From the NCBI GenBank assembly GCA_951406725.2, contig OX597821.1:48918001-48982000 (forward strand): a stretch of DNA of 64,000 nt, given 5' to 3'. The translations under genes were made by a program, and so were the position numbers. Origin of the DNA: Octopus vulgaris. Its lineage: Eukaryota. Below the pieces are notes generated by a model. The model saw nothing but the letters and a program-made list of their open reading frames with translations. It ran no database searches and was not told the DNA's origin. Below, piece by piece: positions 13,181 through 26,747 of the stretch (positions are counted from its first letter, which is position 1; each line of letters opens with the position of its first letter).

Positions 13181-13478
13181 ATTCAAATAACGAATAAAAA
13201 CGGACAACATGAAGACGTGCATAAGAAGTTTAATTGTTTGACGTTCGGTGAAAAGAGAGAGTTTGACGTTTCGAGCATAGCCCTTCGTCAGAAAGGAGAA
13301 AGGGAAAAGTTCAACGAAGGTGTACCGTTGGTGATTTCTTTTTCTTCTTTGGACTTTCTCCTTTCCAATGAAGAGCTATGCTCAAAATGTCAAACTCTCT
13401 CCTTTCACCGAGCGTCAAGCTAATACATTTCTTATGCACATCCTCATGTCGTCCGTTTTTATTCGTTCATTTGAATCT
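13181..13478. mobile_element. Inverted pair of PLE pLTR fragments (fold-back)
   Basis: Arms ~13181-13318 and ~13346-13478 are reverse complements, and each carries a hammerhead motif. Confidence 0.8.
13262..13294 (-). ncRNA. Minimal type-I hammerhead ribozyme
   Basis: UUU-CUGACGA-A-GGGC-UAU-GCUC-GAAAC-GUC|AAA: canonical core, stem II and a GUC triplet. Stem III is minimal. Confidence 0.7.
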
Positions 13479-13633
13479 TTTGTTTATTTGAATTGGCTAT
13501 TTACTGCACGCTCACACAGACTGCCCTCGTCTTTCCAGCTGATTTGGATTACTTGACTCATGGATTTCTTATTTTACCTTGTATTTCCTTACTTTTAAAT
13601 TCCTTCGGAGTAGGTTGTTTCTGCACCTTTGAT

Positions 13634-13685
<52 letters not shown>

Positions 13686-14179
13686 GAAGTGTGTGAGTGT
13701 GTATGTGTGTGTTTGAGAGAGAGAGAGAGAGTGTGTGTGTATATAGTACAAAGTAAGATAGGGGTTATGGGTGTAACCCACTTTTGGATGATAGATAGAT
13801 AGATAGATGAATAGATAGATAGGTTTAAGTGACAGAATCACCCTCAAGCAACTCAATCATCATTGAACGACATTATCCACGATAGATACATATAGGACTA
13901 AATATTAAAATTATCGAAATTAATACCTTCAGTTCTTATTCTAAATCAAACACTTTACATTATATAGACTACGCGCGTTTCATGACAACATATTCCTCGA
14001 TATTGCTGAAGTAGAAGGTCCCAAATACAATACCATATTAAAACGATTGTATTGCCAATCTTCAGGTCTAGATTATATGAACTTATTTTGCTATTTACAT
14101 CCTATATAAAGACATGACAAACTAAAGTTATATAACAAGAAGTTGTCGGAATAATTTTACTTTAGTAAATAATGAACAG

Positions 14180-15170
14180 AAATGTGGAATAAAAATAGGA
14201 AAAAGAAATGTAAACTTATCTGTATGGTAATTTTCTCTCCACGAATTAAACATGGTTACCACATGAAGCAATCGTATAATCCAACATTGAGAGCTACTGT
14301 GTAGGGGACATAATTCTTATTAACATTTGAAAGTTCTTAAAAGGTATTTTCTATTATTTATATTTACCGTGTAAGGGAAGTGAATAATAATACATCAGGA
14401 GAAGCCAGAAGTGTATGATGGGAAAAGTAATTTTTTACGTGGTTAATTTATTATATTTGTTTGTTAACTTTGATAAATAATAAATTTCTAGATCGGTAAA
14501 TAGGTAAACTAAATTACTCAACATATAATTTTTAAATATTTTTAAATATTTTTAAATAAATAAAAGTCAGTAAAAATCATTAAAAATCTAATTTTTTATA
14601 ATTTTTATAATTATAATACAATTAAAATATATCGATTATACTATTATTCTTAAAATTGATGTTACTCTTAAAATTGAGTTTCTAAATTAAGATTAAAAAT
14701 TTAGAATAATACCATCTAATATTATACAATAAATTTTTAAGAAACTAAAATATCTGAAATTAGAACTATTATCTTACATTTATATATAAATAGGTAGATA
14801 TATTTTAGTGATACTAAATAATAAAATATGATTATACATTATATCTACGTATTATGATTAAATATTTTGATTTGAAATTAGGGTTTTATTTATTTTCTAA
14901 AGAATCAAATGTTATCTCATCTTATCAAATAGGCAATTCAGTTTATGTATACATTTAATTTTTCGTTCATCCTGTGTGTTGATAGTCTTATTTTAGTTTT
15001 TAGTATTTCCATAAATTCGTGTGTACACAGAAAACAGAATTCAATGCCTATTCTATATGATTTCATTTTACATATTATTTCCCATTTTAATTTATACTTT
15101 ATATCTTTGGTTTTTAATTCCCAAATATATTTACTTAAGCCTGCCGAGTTCATAATTTTTTTTTCTTAAA
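14180..15170 (-). mobile_element. PLE 3' fragment (GIY-YIG C-terminus and AT-rich 3' region)
   Basis: NSAGLSKYIWELK...KWEII....SY......CFLC..E. Confidence 0.7.
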
Positions 15171-15214
15171 AGCGTGCAAATGCTGAGCCAATGTAAGTCA
15201 CATTTGGATTTTCG

Positions 15215-15215
15215 C

Positions 15216-15301
<86 letters not shown>

Positions 15302-17406
15302 TATGTTTGACTTTTGCTTTACATTTGCACAAGCTGGCTCCAAGTTTCACCCAGAGACCTCAAGAGACAACAAGTTGGAAGTACATGTTGGTGTTATGCC
15401 TAGGGTGCTATATATTTGGTTTTGTACTTAGTGTTGTACTAGTGAATGCCTAAAGAACCATACGGAAATTATGTTTGTTTTAAAACTTGAGATTACATGT
15501 TGAGTTATGTTCGTCAGGAAACACTTTATCCACTGCAGCAGCTTTCCACAGACTCCAATGTTGTACAGTTTCTTCAGCAGGATTTTGTGGCTCACTCTGT
15601 CAAATGCCTTGCTGAAATCAAGGTATATAACGACAGTGTTGGAGCCCTCTCCCAAAGCTTTTAAGATATCATAAAAATGGAGCAGAAGCTGCGACAAGCA
15701 GTCCCTGCCATCAAGGAACCCATGCTGGTTGGGGTTCAGCAGATTGTTGTCTTCGAGGAAGTGAGTTATTCGCGATCTCACCACCCTCTCAAATACTTTA
15801 ATGATATGAGAAGTGAGTGAAATTGGACGGTAGTTCACTGCAAGAGATTTGCTTCCCTTTTGAAGAATGGAACGACAGACTGGAAAAGAAAATTACCAGG
15901 AATTAGCCTGCATCAAGTGAGTTTCTCCAGAGCTCAGCTAGAGGGGGTGCAATTTGATGTCGACACATCTTCAGGACAGTGGCTGGGATCTTATCGGGAC
16001 CTACTGCCGCGTTGTGTGTTTTTCTCTTAGGATATCAGGAGCACCAAAAGTTATGTCAGATATGGTTAGTTGAGTGTTTACGTCACTGATACTAGCCAGA
16101 TCAATCGCATTAGGGTTACTGAAGATAGGGTAGTATTGTCTCTGCAGTATCTCGCACATGGATTTTGCATCATCCTGCAGAGTGTTGTTCTCGTCAACCA
16201 GAGGACCAACAGTGGAAACAGCGTCTTTATGTTTTGGGGTTTATTTTTTTTTTTTGCAAATGGAAAGAACATTTTAGGATTACATTTTATTTTCTCGATG
16301 GCCCAACTCTCCTCAGCTGCAATTTGACCGTTAATGATGATCATCATGCTTTTTTGGAGGTCGTGTTTTTTTCGATTCGAGTGATGCAATGGCAGTTGAA
16401 TGGGTGCGTTGCTGCTGGTAGTATTCAAGTTGGTTGATTTTCTTAATTCTTTTTATTTTTCTTATAATTGTTCTTCTATTTCTAAGTATTCTGCACGTAG
16501 ATTTGTATACTGATCTTGATAGAGTATGTTGTGCACATATATTTGTCACAGTATCTACAAATGTCTGTCTATGTTGGAGGGGGGTGCGTACGGGAAGGCT
16601 CAATCAACTTGTGAAAGATCATGATTGATCGCATCCCAGTCTGCGTTATGAAGCTCCATAGTGTCAAATGGATGGACTGGAGAGATGCCACTGGATTTGA
16701 TCTTTGGGTAGTAGAATCTCAGATCGCAGGGAACCATGTCATGGTCTGAGAGTAGTGGTGTTGATTTGCACTGCAATATTGAGGATAGTGTCAGTGTGGT
16801 TATCGAACACTAGGTCCAAGGTGTTTTTGTAACACCTTGTTGCTGGGTTAGGAAAAACTCACCCATGCTTCCTTATCAGGGGTTGAGGTGGAAAAGCCTT
16901 GTTTCAATCTGTTTGTGGACCTATCAACATTGGAAAGGTTGAGTCCCCTATCATTAATATGTTGTCATCATGATACTGATGGGTGGAACACTTAATACTG
17001 TTGAGGCATTCCTTGAACCGTAGAAAAGGAGCTAGGGTCGGCTTATAGAGCCCAACTACTATTAAATTGTTGGTTTTACAAAACACAGAAGCTGCTTCAC
17101 AGTAGCTGTTGGTAAATACGTCCATTGCTTCAGCTGAAAAAGAATTGTGCACAAAAATGGCGGTCCCACCCTTTCTTCTGCCGACACGATCTGCACAGAT
17201 GGCTGTAAAATTCTTCACTCTCACCTGAGCTTCCAAGTGAAGGTTATTGAGATGGGTCTCTGTGAGGACGAAAAAAGGGATATGGTGTGGATGATAATTA
17301 ACCCAGTCCTCAATAAATTGGATCTTCCATTTTGGGGTATTGGTGGGAGGGCTGATGCCTTGTGCATTGAGCAAAAATAATAAACAATAATCGCATAATG
17401 TTATAA
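15215..17406 (-). mobile_element. Degenerate, internally deleted CR1/L2-type LINE with (TAA)n tail
   Basis: EN motifs LTETHL, DR...KGG and GD; RT motifs NYRPISLTS, QHGF and YLDFSKAFDRV. Stops and frameshifts. (TAA)n at 15215-15300. Confidence 0.85.
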
Positions 17407-17735
17407 GCCAACCAACCAACCAATCAACTAACCAACCAGCCAACCAACCAACCAACCAGCCAACCAGCCAACCAACCAGCCAACCAGCCAACCAGCCAGC
17501 CAACCAGCCAGCCAACCAACCAGCCAACCAACCAGCCAGCCAACCAGCTGACCAACCAACCAACCGACCAGCTGACCAACCAACCAACCAACCAGCCAGC
17601 CAACCAACCAGCCAACCAACCAACCAACCAACCAACCAGCCAACCAACTAGCCAGCCAACCAACCAACCAACCAGCCAACCAACCAACCAGCCAACCAGC
17701 CAGCCAACCAACCAACCAGCCAACCAACAAACAAA
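17407..17735 (+). repeat. (CCAA/CCAG)n tandem repeat
   Basis: Direct repeat. Source of the WLVG/WLAG pseudo-ORFs. Confidence 0.95.
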
Positions 17736-18262
17736 TAAACGAAAAATTTAATAAATAAATAAATATATAATTGAATAAATAAATATATGTATAAAGTGTC
17801 TTCTGGATAGAAGTACATGAAGGAAGACGTTGGCGGAATAAGGGTGAGATAAAATTTCTATCCAAGAGCCTTACGGTATTATTTTTTCTCTTTTCTTTTC
17901 TATTTTATTTCCCGATCATCAAAGTGGAAGACTTTGTCATTTCATTTGATTAAACAGAGAAAATAAGATTAACAAACACAAAATCCAAAAGAAAAGAAAA
18001 CAAAGAAACATATTAAAATAAAATATATAAAAGAAAATAAACAAGGATAAAGAGGAAAACGGAAATGGGGTAATACGTAAAATTGCAAGTACAATAAAAC
18101 CTGGACGTTTCTTTCATAATGTTGTCGAACGAACTGTTTTGAAGAGTTGAAAGAAAGAAGAGGATAAATAATATCAAACGATGTCTTTGTTGGGGCAGCA
18201 ACATAAACACAGCGTAGATTTGGTAAAACGCACGACTAGGATTTGGTTTGATGTGATCAGAG

Positions 18263-18314
<52 letters not shown>

Positions 18315-19261
18315 AATCAGATAATCCGATTGGAGAAAACGAAAGGTTAGAATTGTGTTTAAGAAAGGGCAGTGTTGTTGTTGTTATCGGTCGTGATTGT
18401 AGTTGTTTTTGTTTTAAGCTCAAGGTCAGGTGTGACTAAGTTGATTTGTGGTGTTCGTATTTTATCTTCGAAAATAACACAATTACTTGTTCCTCAAATT
18501 TGAGGAGAAGAAAATTTCAGTTAAATTGACTCCAGTACTTTATCAACAAAATTGACTTACAAGTTGAACTCAGATCATAAAAGGTCATAAATACTGCAAG
18601 GTATCAATTCGATATTCTATCGATTCTGCTATTTCATTGCCCGTTACTAACGTCATAATTGACAACTATTGAGTTTATTTTCTACATCATCTGACGAGAT
18701 ATCATTGTTGTTGCTTTTTGAATTGAGTCAGTCTTCATTGAACTGGTTGATGAGCAGCGTCATCTTCAGATAGATGCCATAGGTATCGCAGCAGTGGGAC
18801 CAATCAGGCCCATGGGCCCGTAAAGTCTTTATGTGTGAGTGCGTGGATGGGGAGAATAATAACATGTTTCGATGTGGAAGCTGGGGTTCATTTTATCGTT
18901 GAATCACCAAGGTATTTGACCACTTAAACATGGCCCTAACAAGAAATAGTAAATCTAGAACTACGTTATGTAAAATGTTCTTCCCTTTTTAAACGGTAGA
19001 TTGAGAATTAACGGAGCTTTGGGAAAATGTATAAAAGTTATGACTTTCACTACTTCCAGCAAAAACAATCATTTTACAATTAAGGTTTGGGAGATTTGAT
19101 TCTAGGTAATAGAAATTGATATTGTCTCTAATACTTCATGAGGTCAGTAAAATCAATACCAACGATAGTAGTGAGCGCCATATAAAAAGAAGGAGCTCCA
19201 GCATTGCCGCAATGTAAAGTCTGAAACACATATATATGCATGCACGCGCGCGCGCACATAA

Positions 19262-19295
<34 letters not shown>

Positions 19296-19416
19296 ATACA
19301 CACACACGCATACACACACACAATTTGCTTATTAGGGACGACCCTCTTGCCCTCCACATGTCCATAGCCCATATATTAATCCCGATTTCGCTTCCATTAA
19401 ATTACTAAACAGCAAA

Positions 19417-19477
<61 letters not shown>

Positions 19478-19480
<3 letters not shown>

Positions 19481-19645
19481 CGCAGGAGTGGCTGTGTGGT
19501 AAGTAGCTTGCTAACCAACCACATGGTTCCGGGTTCAGTCCCACTGCGTGGCATCTTGGGCAAGTGTCTTCTGCTATAGCCCCGGGCCGACCAATGCCTT
19601 GTGAGTGGATTTGGTAGACGGAAACTGAAAGAAGCCCGTCATATA

Positions 19646-19735
<90 letters not shown>

Positions 19736-19850
19736 TGTGTCTGTGTTTGTCCCCCTAGCATTGCTTGACAACCGATGCTGGGCTTACAAAGAATAAGTCC
19801 CGGGGTCGATTTGCTCGACTAAAGGCGGTGCTCGACTAAAGAGAGAGTAA
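19478..19850 (+). mobile_element. tRNA-derived SINE family C with internal (TA)n/(TG)n
   Basis: GGCGCAGGAGTGGCTGTGTGGTAAG...GGGTTCAGTCCC head. Copies at 25710-25872 (tail ~26760-26945), 43690-43850 (-), 59149-59550, 60790-61175, 61186-61350 and ~62300-62470 (-). Confidence 0.85.
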
Positions 19851-20234
19851 AGAGTATATGTCATACAAATGACATGTCTATACATAGCAGTCGGCCAACC
19901 ACTACGCTGTCCCATATCTAACTCTATTTGTAGAATATTTATTGTTTAGTGGCGTTTCTATGCGGTCGCTGGAATTGCTAGCATTAGCAGTAAAATCAAC
20001 CTCAAATTACATCCTGTCGTCTTAAAAAGTGGGAATACATTAAATAACAAAGATCTAGATACACTATGCCTGATAAAAAAAATGGATCAGGTTTGACTCA
20101 GTGCTAAGGAACTACATTAACCGTTGATATTGTTGCAATGATAAAAACATTTAAAGCTGAGACCATATTTATTGAAGTAACTACCACAACTATATACGTA
20201 GCTTAGTTGTTTCGGTGTGTATCTATTATTTCAG

Positions 20235-20310
20235 AGGCGAAATGCTGTCAGAGAACACAACACAGTTTGGTTAAGAAGAGTTGTACCATTTACAGTTGAT
20301 ACAGTCTTTC
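20235..20310 (+). CDS. Astacin gene exon: activation site and start of mature domain (RRNAVREHNTVWLRRVVPFTVDTVF)
   Basis: tttcag acceptor and GTGAGT donor, phase 0->1. RR|NA maturation site and W...VP(F/Y) astacin N-terminal motif. Confidence 0.88.
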
Positions 20311-20677
20311 GTGAGTAGCTTCAGTTATCTGCTCTTTCTTTCTCTTCTTTCTCTTCTTTCTCTCTCTCTCTTTCTCTGCCTAGTCATCTATTTTTCACTC
20401 CCAAACTCTTTATCAATCTATCTAGTTAGATCAGAAAATATTTTTTTCGGTTATTTTCTCCTTCATGTCATTCTGCCGAATTAATACAGTGTCGAACTAT
20501 CGATATATAGTACTGAACAATCAAGATATCTGTAGGGAAAACGACCGTACGTAAGGAGATGGTGACAGAAATGTCTCCTTTTAAACGCCGCACGGTCGCC
20601 CTACTAAGAATAAGCCAAAATACATGGTATAAATGAATAAGTGCCAAAAGGAATAATGAGGACGACAACCGTTCTAC

Positions 20678-21649
20678 TGTTTGAGAGAGAAGACTTTATT
20701 TACAGATGTGTACAATAAGATAAGATCGTGTATGAGTGTTAGCAAAGTGGAGTGACTGTGTGCATGCGACAAGTGTTTGTGTCTGTGTGTTCGTCAGAAG
20801 TACAAGCAAGGGGTATGCATGTGAAACAGAATACAATGCAGAACATAGAATGAGTCTCTCAGGATATTTTAGACAAGATGGAGTTAATTTACCAGTTCGT
20901 AGTAAGGTACATAATAGTAACAGTTCTGTAACAGGATGTTGGGGTCACAAGGCAGAATGCCGGTTGAACACATGTCGTGTAGCGGTTGTGTCTTCAATGC
21001 TGTGCCAGGTCTCTTGATACAGGAATTCTTGCAGGTAGTGCTGTGCTGTTAACCTTGGTAAAAATCACAACAGCGAGAAAGCTAAACCTGAGCGAGTGCT
21101 GTGTACGCATTGGTGTTGCTGGAGATGAAGGCGACGGAAATGGAGACAACGTGAAGTTGAAGGACGACGATGGTGATGGCGACAGCAGAGAAAGGCGTCG
21201 TCGAGATGAAGGTGTCGGTGCTGCTGGAGCAGGAACATAGCTGGCTGGTCGTCTGTCGCTGTCTGTCACTGGAACTGGAACTGGCTGAGTTGCTCTGTGG
21301 TCAGAGGTTAGTCCTGAGAAGGACTGGAACTTAAGACCGGTGTTGCTGAACATGGTTGAGTCGCTCTGTGGTCAGAGGTTAGTCCTGAGAAGGACTGGAA
21401 CCTAAGACGAGAAATAGTGATTTGCTGGTGCCTTTTATAACCTGCGGTGGGCACCAGTGAAACCCCCAAAAGACTGTGCCATGGGACCTTATCCGAAGGC
21501 CGTGATTGGTTGGTTTACACACTGGCGCGAAATAAGTCAAGAGACAAACTGCGCCACTGTCAACCAATCAGAGCAGTGGACACAACAGGGTCAAAATAGC
21601 CGAAGATGATTGCTATTTAACACGAGATCATTTCTATATCTTTCAAACA
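20678..21649 (-). mobile_element. Probable solo LTR (~970 bp)
   Basis: TGTTTGA...TCAAACA termini. On the - strand CCAAT (~21510), TATAAAAG (~21437) and AATAAA ~20 nt before the terminal CA. Internal ~50-bp direct repeat. No clear TSD. Confidence 0.55.
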
Positions 21650-22041
21650 GTGAGAATATCACCTAGCTACGCTACATATCCAATCAGCAAAACACAACTG
21701 TAGTTGTAGGAGAGACTTTACTTCAGGCACATTGCTGGTGCATAGGTACCATGTAATTTATATCTCAGTAAATAGCAGAAACATTAAAGATTTAACGCGT
21801 GTTTTTGTTAGCATTAAATGAGTTCGCGCCAAATTATAACAAAACGTTTCATACAATTCGAGTCACCAGCCCTCTTTCATACAGTACCTTTGTTTCATAC
21901 AGAACCCTTGTTTATACGGTACTTTTATTCCAAGTACTTCCATCAACCTATGTCAGAAAGGAGGGAGAAGGGAGAACCCATTGCTACTACAACTAACACA
22001 GCAACAACTATTGCATTCTTATAAACAAACACATGTAATGT

Positions 22042-22300
22042 GATAGTATGTTGTCAACTTAATGTGACAGTCCCATAAAGGGGAAGAATGCTACTGTTAT
22101 TTAGCCCTAGGAAACACTGTTTCTTGTTGGACTTGACACATTTCCTGTGTCTTTATGTTTTCAAAGTGGAGATAAACACATCCACCCAGCAAAGCCAGCA
22201 TCCATGGGACTGTCACATTAAGTTGACAACATACTGTCCCTTTATCGTACTACTACTGTATATATCTCTCTGAGAGATTTAGAAATATTTCTATTTTCAA
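22042..22300. mobile_element. Short insertion with perfect 32-bp inverted repeat and 15-bp flanking direct repeats
   Basis: IR at 22045-22076 / 22204-22235. AAACACATGTAATGT at 22027-22041 and 22301-22315. Confidence 0.75.
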
Positions 22301-22495
22301 AAACACATGTAATGTTGTACAACGCCACTTTATCTTTCAAAATGTACAGTTCATTTCTCGTAATTGTTTTAAACATTCATTAAGTTTTTTCAATTCCATA
22401 GTTTTCTCTTGATAGAGCAACCACTAAAATTACCTGAACAACTCAGAAGAGTTGAAATAATCCTTGCTTCTTATTCTCTCTTTCACGACTAATAG

Positions 22496-22613
22496 CAGCC
22501 AGTACTTTGGAACAGATTCGTTTGGCGATACAAGAGATAGAACAATTTAGCTGTGTTCGTTTCCAGCCACGCCAAAACGAAATCGATTATATACGAATTA
22601 GAAACATATCGGG
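22496..22613 (+). CDS. Astacin domain exon (PASTLEQIRLAIQEIEQFSCVRFQPRQNEIDYIRIRNISG)
   Basis: TAGCAG tandem acceptor and GTAAGT donor, phase 1->2. IxxA..E....CVRF..R..E.DYI astacin pattern. Confidence 0.9.
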
Positions 22614-23499
22614 GTAAGTTTAATATTGTTCCTTATCAATTATCTATTATATAGACCAATGCATACCTCTGAATGTACGCATATGTCTGTGTGTGTAAAC
22701 AACACAGCACAGTATCTGAGTCGACGGAAACCTTGAGCGTGAAACTTCTTGTTAACCCAACCACTAGACTCTATATTTAATTAAAAGGGCTGATCTAGTC
22801 TTGTACTATGACAACGTTGTTTAACTGTCAGTGGAATATTCAACAACATTCACGATAATTCAAAGAGGAATCTTAATGAAATACTCATCGTCGAAACAGG
22901 CGGTGGATTTGTTTATATATGTTTAGATTATGATCTTTGTAATGGTATGATTTACACCTCATGCTGATTCTTAATTTTAGAAGGAGGTAACCAATTAATA
23001 GGGAAGAGGTATATAAGATTCAATTAAACCTCAGTAAATTACTGGTACTTAGTTTAGTATAGATATACGTGATTACACACAGAGTAAGGCATTTAGCCCG
23101 TCTTTCCACGGTTTCCGACACTCGACTGTCCAATTCATCATTAAAACTCTACTCATACTTAGATGCAGACAGTTAGTAGAGTATCAGATAAATAACTAGG
23201 AAGTCGCCGTTTCTTATGATGTTACTGTCGTGTTGTGTTGTCTCTAATGGTGAAAACACTTAAATATTCATTGATTCCAGCTAAGCAGTGGCAACCCTGT
23301 AGCACTGACAAGTGTATTAGTAGTTTAAAAACATGAGTTCAAGTTTAGGCGTGGGCTTGGAGAAAATATTGATAAAATATTGCAGTAGGTCAATGACATT
23401 CAAATCAAAAGGTAAAAACTGAGAGTTCAGTGTTGGCGCTGTGACACAATTGGATCGATTCCATCACAAACGTTAACACCGATACAATGAAAGCCTGTT

Positions 23500-23900
23500 C
23501 ACCGCTCCTAACAACATCACCTCCCCCACCAATACCATTACCAGTACTCCCACCTCCATTAACAACACTGTTACCAACATCACTATCGTTACCAATATCT
23601 CACTACTACTACCAACAGCACCACAACTGCATCCCGATTACCAACACCCCCTGCAATGCCGACTTCTCCTCTACCAAAATCACTACTACAATCACCGTCA
23701 GCTCTACTACAGCACCTCTACTAGCATTACTGCAAACGTCATCAATGTCATGACCTCCTCAGCAACCATCAACACTTTCATACCTATCACTACACACATC
23801 ACCATCAACCTCTCTCATGTTTTCATCATCATCACTCACATCACCACTATCATCACCATCACTAATACCATCACCGCACTCTTCACCAATTACCCATAAT
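23500..23900 (+). repeat. Degenerate (CAC/CAT/ACT)n low-complexity region
   Basis: Cryptic trinucleotide periodicity. Confidence 0.7.
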
Positions 23901-24418
23901 CAATGATATTAATACGCTTTTTGTTTTTATACGTACCTGTTGTGTGCGTCACACTTCAAAGAAATGGCAAAGCGAGAGAGAGAGAGGTGGGAGGAGGAGG
24001 ACAGAGAGGAAGTAAGAGAGAGTGAGAGGGAGAGTGAAACAGACAGTGAGTGGTGACGGCGTTCGTTTTGTGTTTATAAATGTTTATCACATCGCAAGCA
24101 AAGCAGATACATAGATACATATTCACATTGTCAAATCAAAAGCGGGAGAGAAGAGGGACATAAAAAAAGTGAAAGAGAAAGAGAGAAAGTGAGAGAGACT
24201 GTAGATACATAAATCCAAAGAAAAGTTCATACATAGATTCATACACACAGCAAATGTTGGATGTCAATTTCACTTTTCATTACCACACGAGGATAAAATT
24301 AACTCACAAATGGCTGAGTACTCCACAGACATGCATAATATTAACGTAGTTCTCAGGAAGATTCAGCCTCACACAGAATATGACAAATCTGGCCCCTTTG
24401 AATTGCAGCTTCAACTCG

Positions 24419-24459
<41 letters not shown>

Positions 24460-25872
24460 TGTATTTGTGTGTGAGTATAGTTTAGGTTAGTTAAAACATG
24501 TTTGCAATAAGTGTCACGTAGTGGAAATAAACGCAATTACCAAACTTTCATTCATAAATCCATTTATTATTTCGTTCTTTTGCATTGCAATTTGTACATT
24601 AAGGTTCTTTGAATTTTAACTCAGAACGTAAAGGCAGATGGTCATAATATACAGACATTTCTCATGGCACCAGTACATTGTTTACAGATGCTTACATTTT
24701 TTGTTTTCCGGGAATTTTACACGAGTCCAGCTATTTCTAATTATTAAACGAAATAAGTCCTTTGCCTCTACATAGTCGCTGGTGTGACTAGAAATAGCAA
24801 CCAAATTTCTCTTAAAGAATAGTTCTCTGTAGCTGTGTGTGCGTGCGTGTGTGTGTGTGTGTAGTCAAAGTACGAGTTAACGCATCATTATTAACAGCTT
24901 CATAATATAAAACCAGCAATATCCTCCGCAAACATATCAGGGTATATAAATTTGCAGAAGGTTGTCATATGCCTCGAATGTGAAAAGTTGAACAACCTTA
25001 GCTGACAAGTTTAATTTACGTTACATTTAAGAAAATTTAGCAAAACAGATATTCAAAGGAAAAAAGTGGACAGATGAAAAATATATTGTTGGATAGAATA
25101 ATATTCAGTATAGAGGTGAGTAACATCCATGATGAAATAAACGCATAAAAAAGGAAAGTATGATTGATCTATAGTAACCTGCTTAATCTAGCATTGGTAT
25201 ATATTTCCAAAATCTTAAAGTAATCTTATAGTTAGACAATTACTGGAATTGTTGCTGTTATTCGAGATTAACCTCTACTACTCTCTATTTAAGTTGCACG
25301 TTTTAGACCCATTAAGTATGTGTTGTTCCTCTCTAAAATTTTTCATTCAAGGTCGACGTTACTGCCTTACACTTTTATGTGCCTCGTGTAAGTCGATGAT
25401 AATTTCCCAAAGCAATTACTGTACCTCGTTCCCTTGAAAGTCTATAAACTCTCTTTGGGCGGAAGCAGTTGCTCGAAGCAATGTTGCTTAAACCTATCTG
25501 CTACCACACCAGTGCAGTGAAAGATAATGTATGATATGGCTTTTTCTTTCTTTTTTGTTTTAGAGCTGACTTCTCGTTCATGTGTTATCACCTCTGTTTG
25601 CATAATTGGCCAATCGGAATACATCTTAATTTCTCATAATTTACTCGGCTTGTGTGTTATAGTATCTCTAATGTTTGTAGTACAACTGTAAGTCATTTTT
25701 ATAGTTGAAGCGTAGACATGGTTGTGTGGTAAGAAGCCTGCTTCCCAACCACATGTTTCCGGGTTTGGTCCTATTGCGTGGAACCTTTGGTAAGTGTCTC
25801 TTCTACTATAGCCTTGGGCCGACCAAAGCCTTATGAGTGGATTTGGTAGACGGAAACTAAAAGAAGCCCGTT

Positions 25873-26037
<165 letters not shown>

Positions 26038-26043
26038 CATACA

Positions 26044-26426
26044 CGGAGGCGCAATGGCCCAGTGGTTAGGGCAGCGGACTCGCGGTCGTAGGATCGCGGT
26101 TTCGATTCCCAGACCGGGCGTTGTGAATGTTTATTGAGCGAAAACACCTAAAAGCTCCACGAGGCTCCGGCAGGGATGGTGGTGATCCCTGCTGTACTCT
26201 TTCACCACAACTTTCTTTCACTCTTACTTCCTGTTTCTGTTGTACCTGTATTTCAAAGGGCCGACCTTGTCACTCTTTGTGTCACGCTGAATATCCCCGA
26301 GAACTACGTTAAGGGTACACGTGTCTGTGGAGTGCTCAGCCACTTACACGTTAATTTCACGAGCAGGCTGTTCCGTTGATCGGATCAACCGGAACCCTTG
26401 TCGTCGTAACCGACGGAGTGCTTCCA
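26044..26426 (+). mobile_element. tRNA-derived SINE family B, nested in the (TA)n of a family C SINE
   Basis: Homologous to 10925-11277. Lies between the family C head (25710-25872) and tail (~26760-26945). Confidence 0.85.
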
Positions 26427-26704
26427 TACTACATATATATACATATATAAGTAAATAAATGGAGTTGAACGAAGATGTTATTAAAATTCTTTTACTTTCG
26501 ACATATGTTTGGAAGACAACATGGTTTTATTCCAAAGAAATAAACGGTGTAAAATGCAATCTTGAGAGCCTATCTCAACAACAAGACATTATAACAATTA
26601 CGATGACTGCCTAAATGATAAACAGAACGTTATTAAGTATTTAAAAAACCGTTTTTTGAATTTTCCATGTTAACGGTAAACAAAGCATAATTAAATCATC
26701 CATG

Positions 26705-26747
<43 letters not shown>

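Noticed and set aside
17424-17865. WLVG/WLAG repeat 'membrane protein' ORFs
   Set aside because: Translation of a (TTGG/CTGG)n tandem repeat. Only the 3' part of ORF 16904..17647 is real LINE endonuclease.
20994-21353. Ser/Pro-rich 119-aa ORF
   Set aside because: Low complexity, inside the probable LTR, with no gag or other motif.
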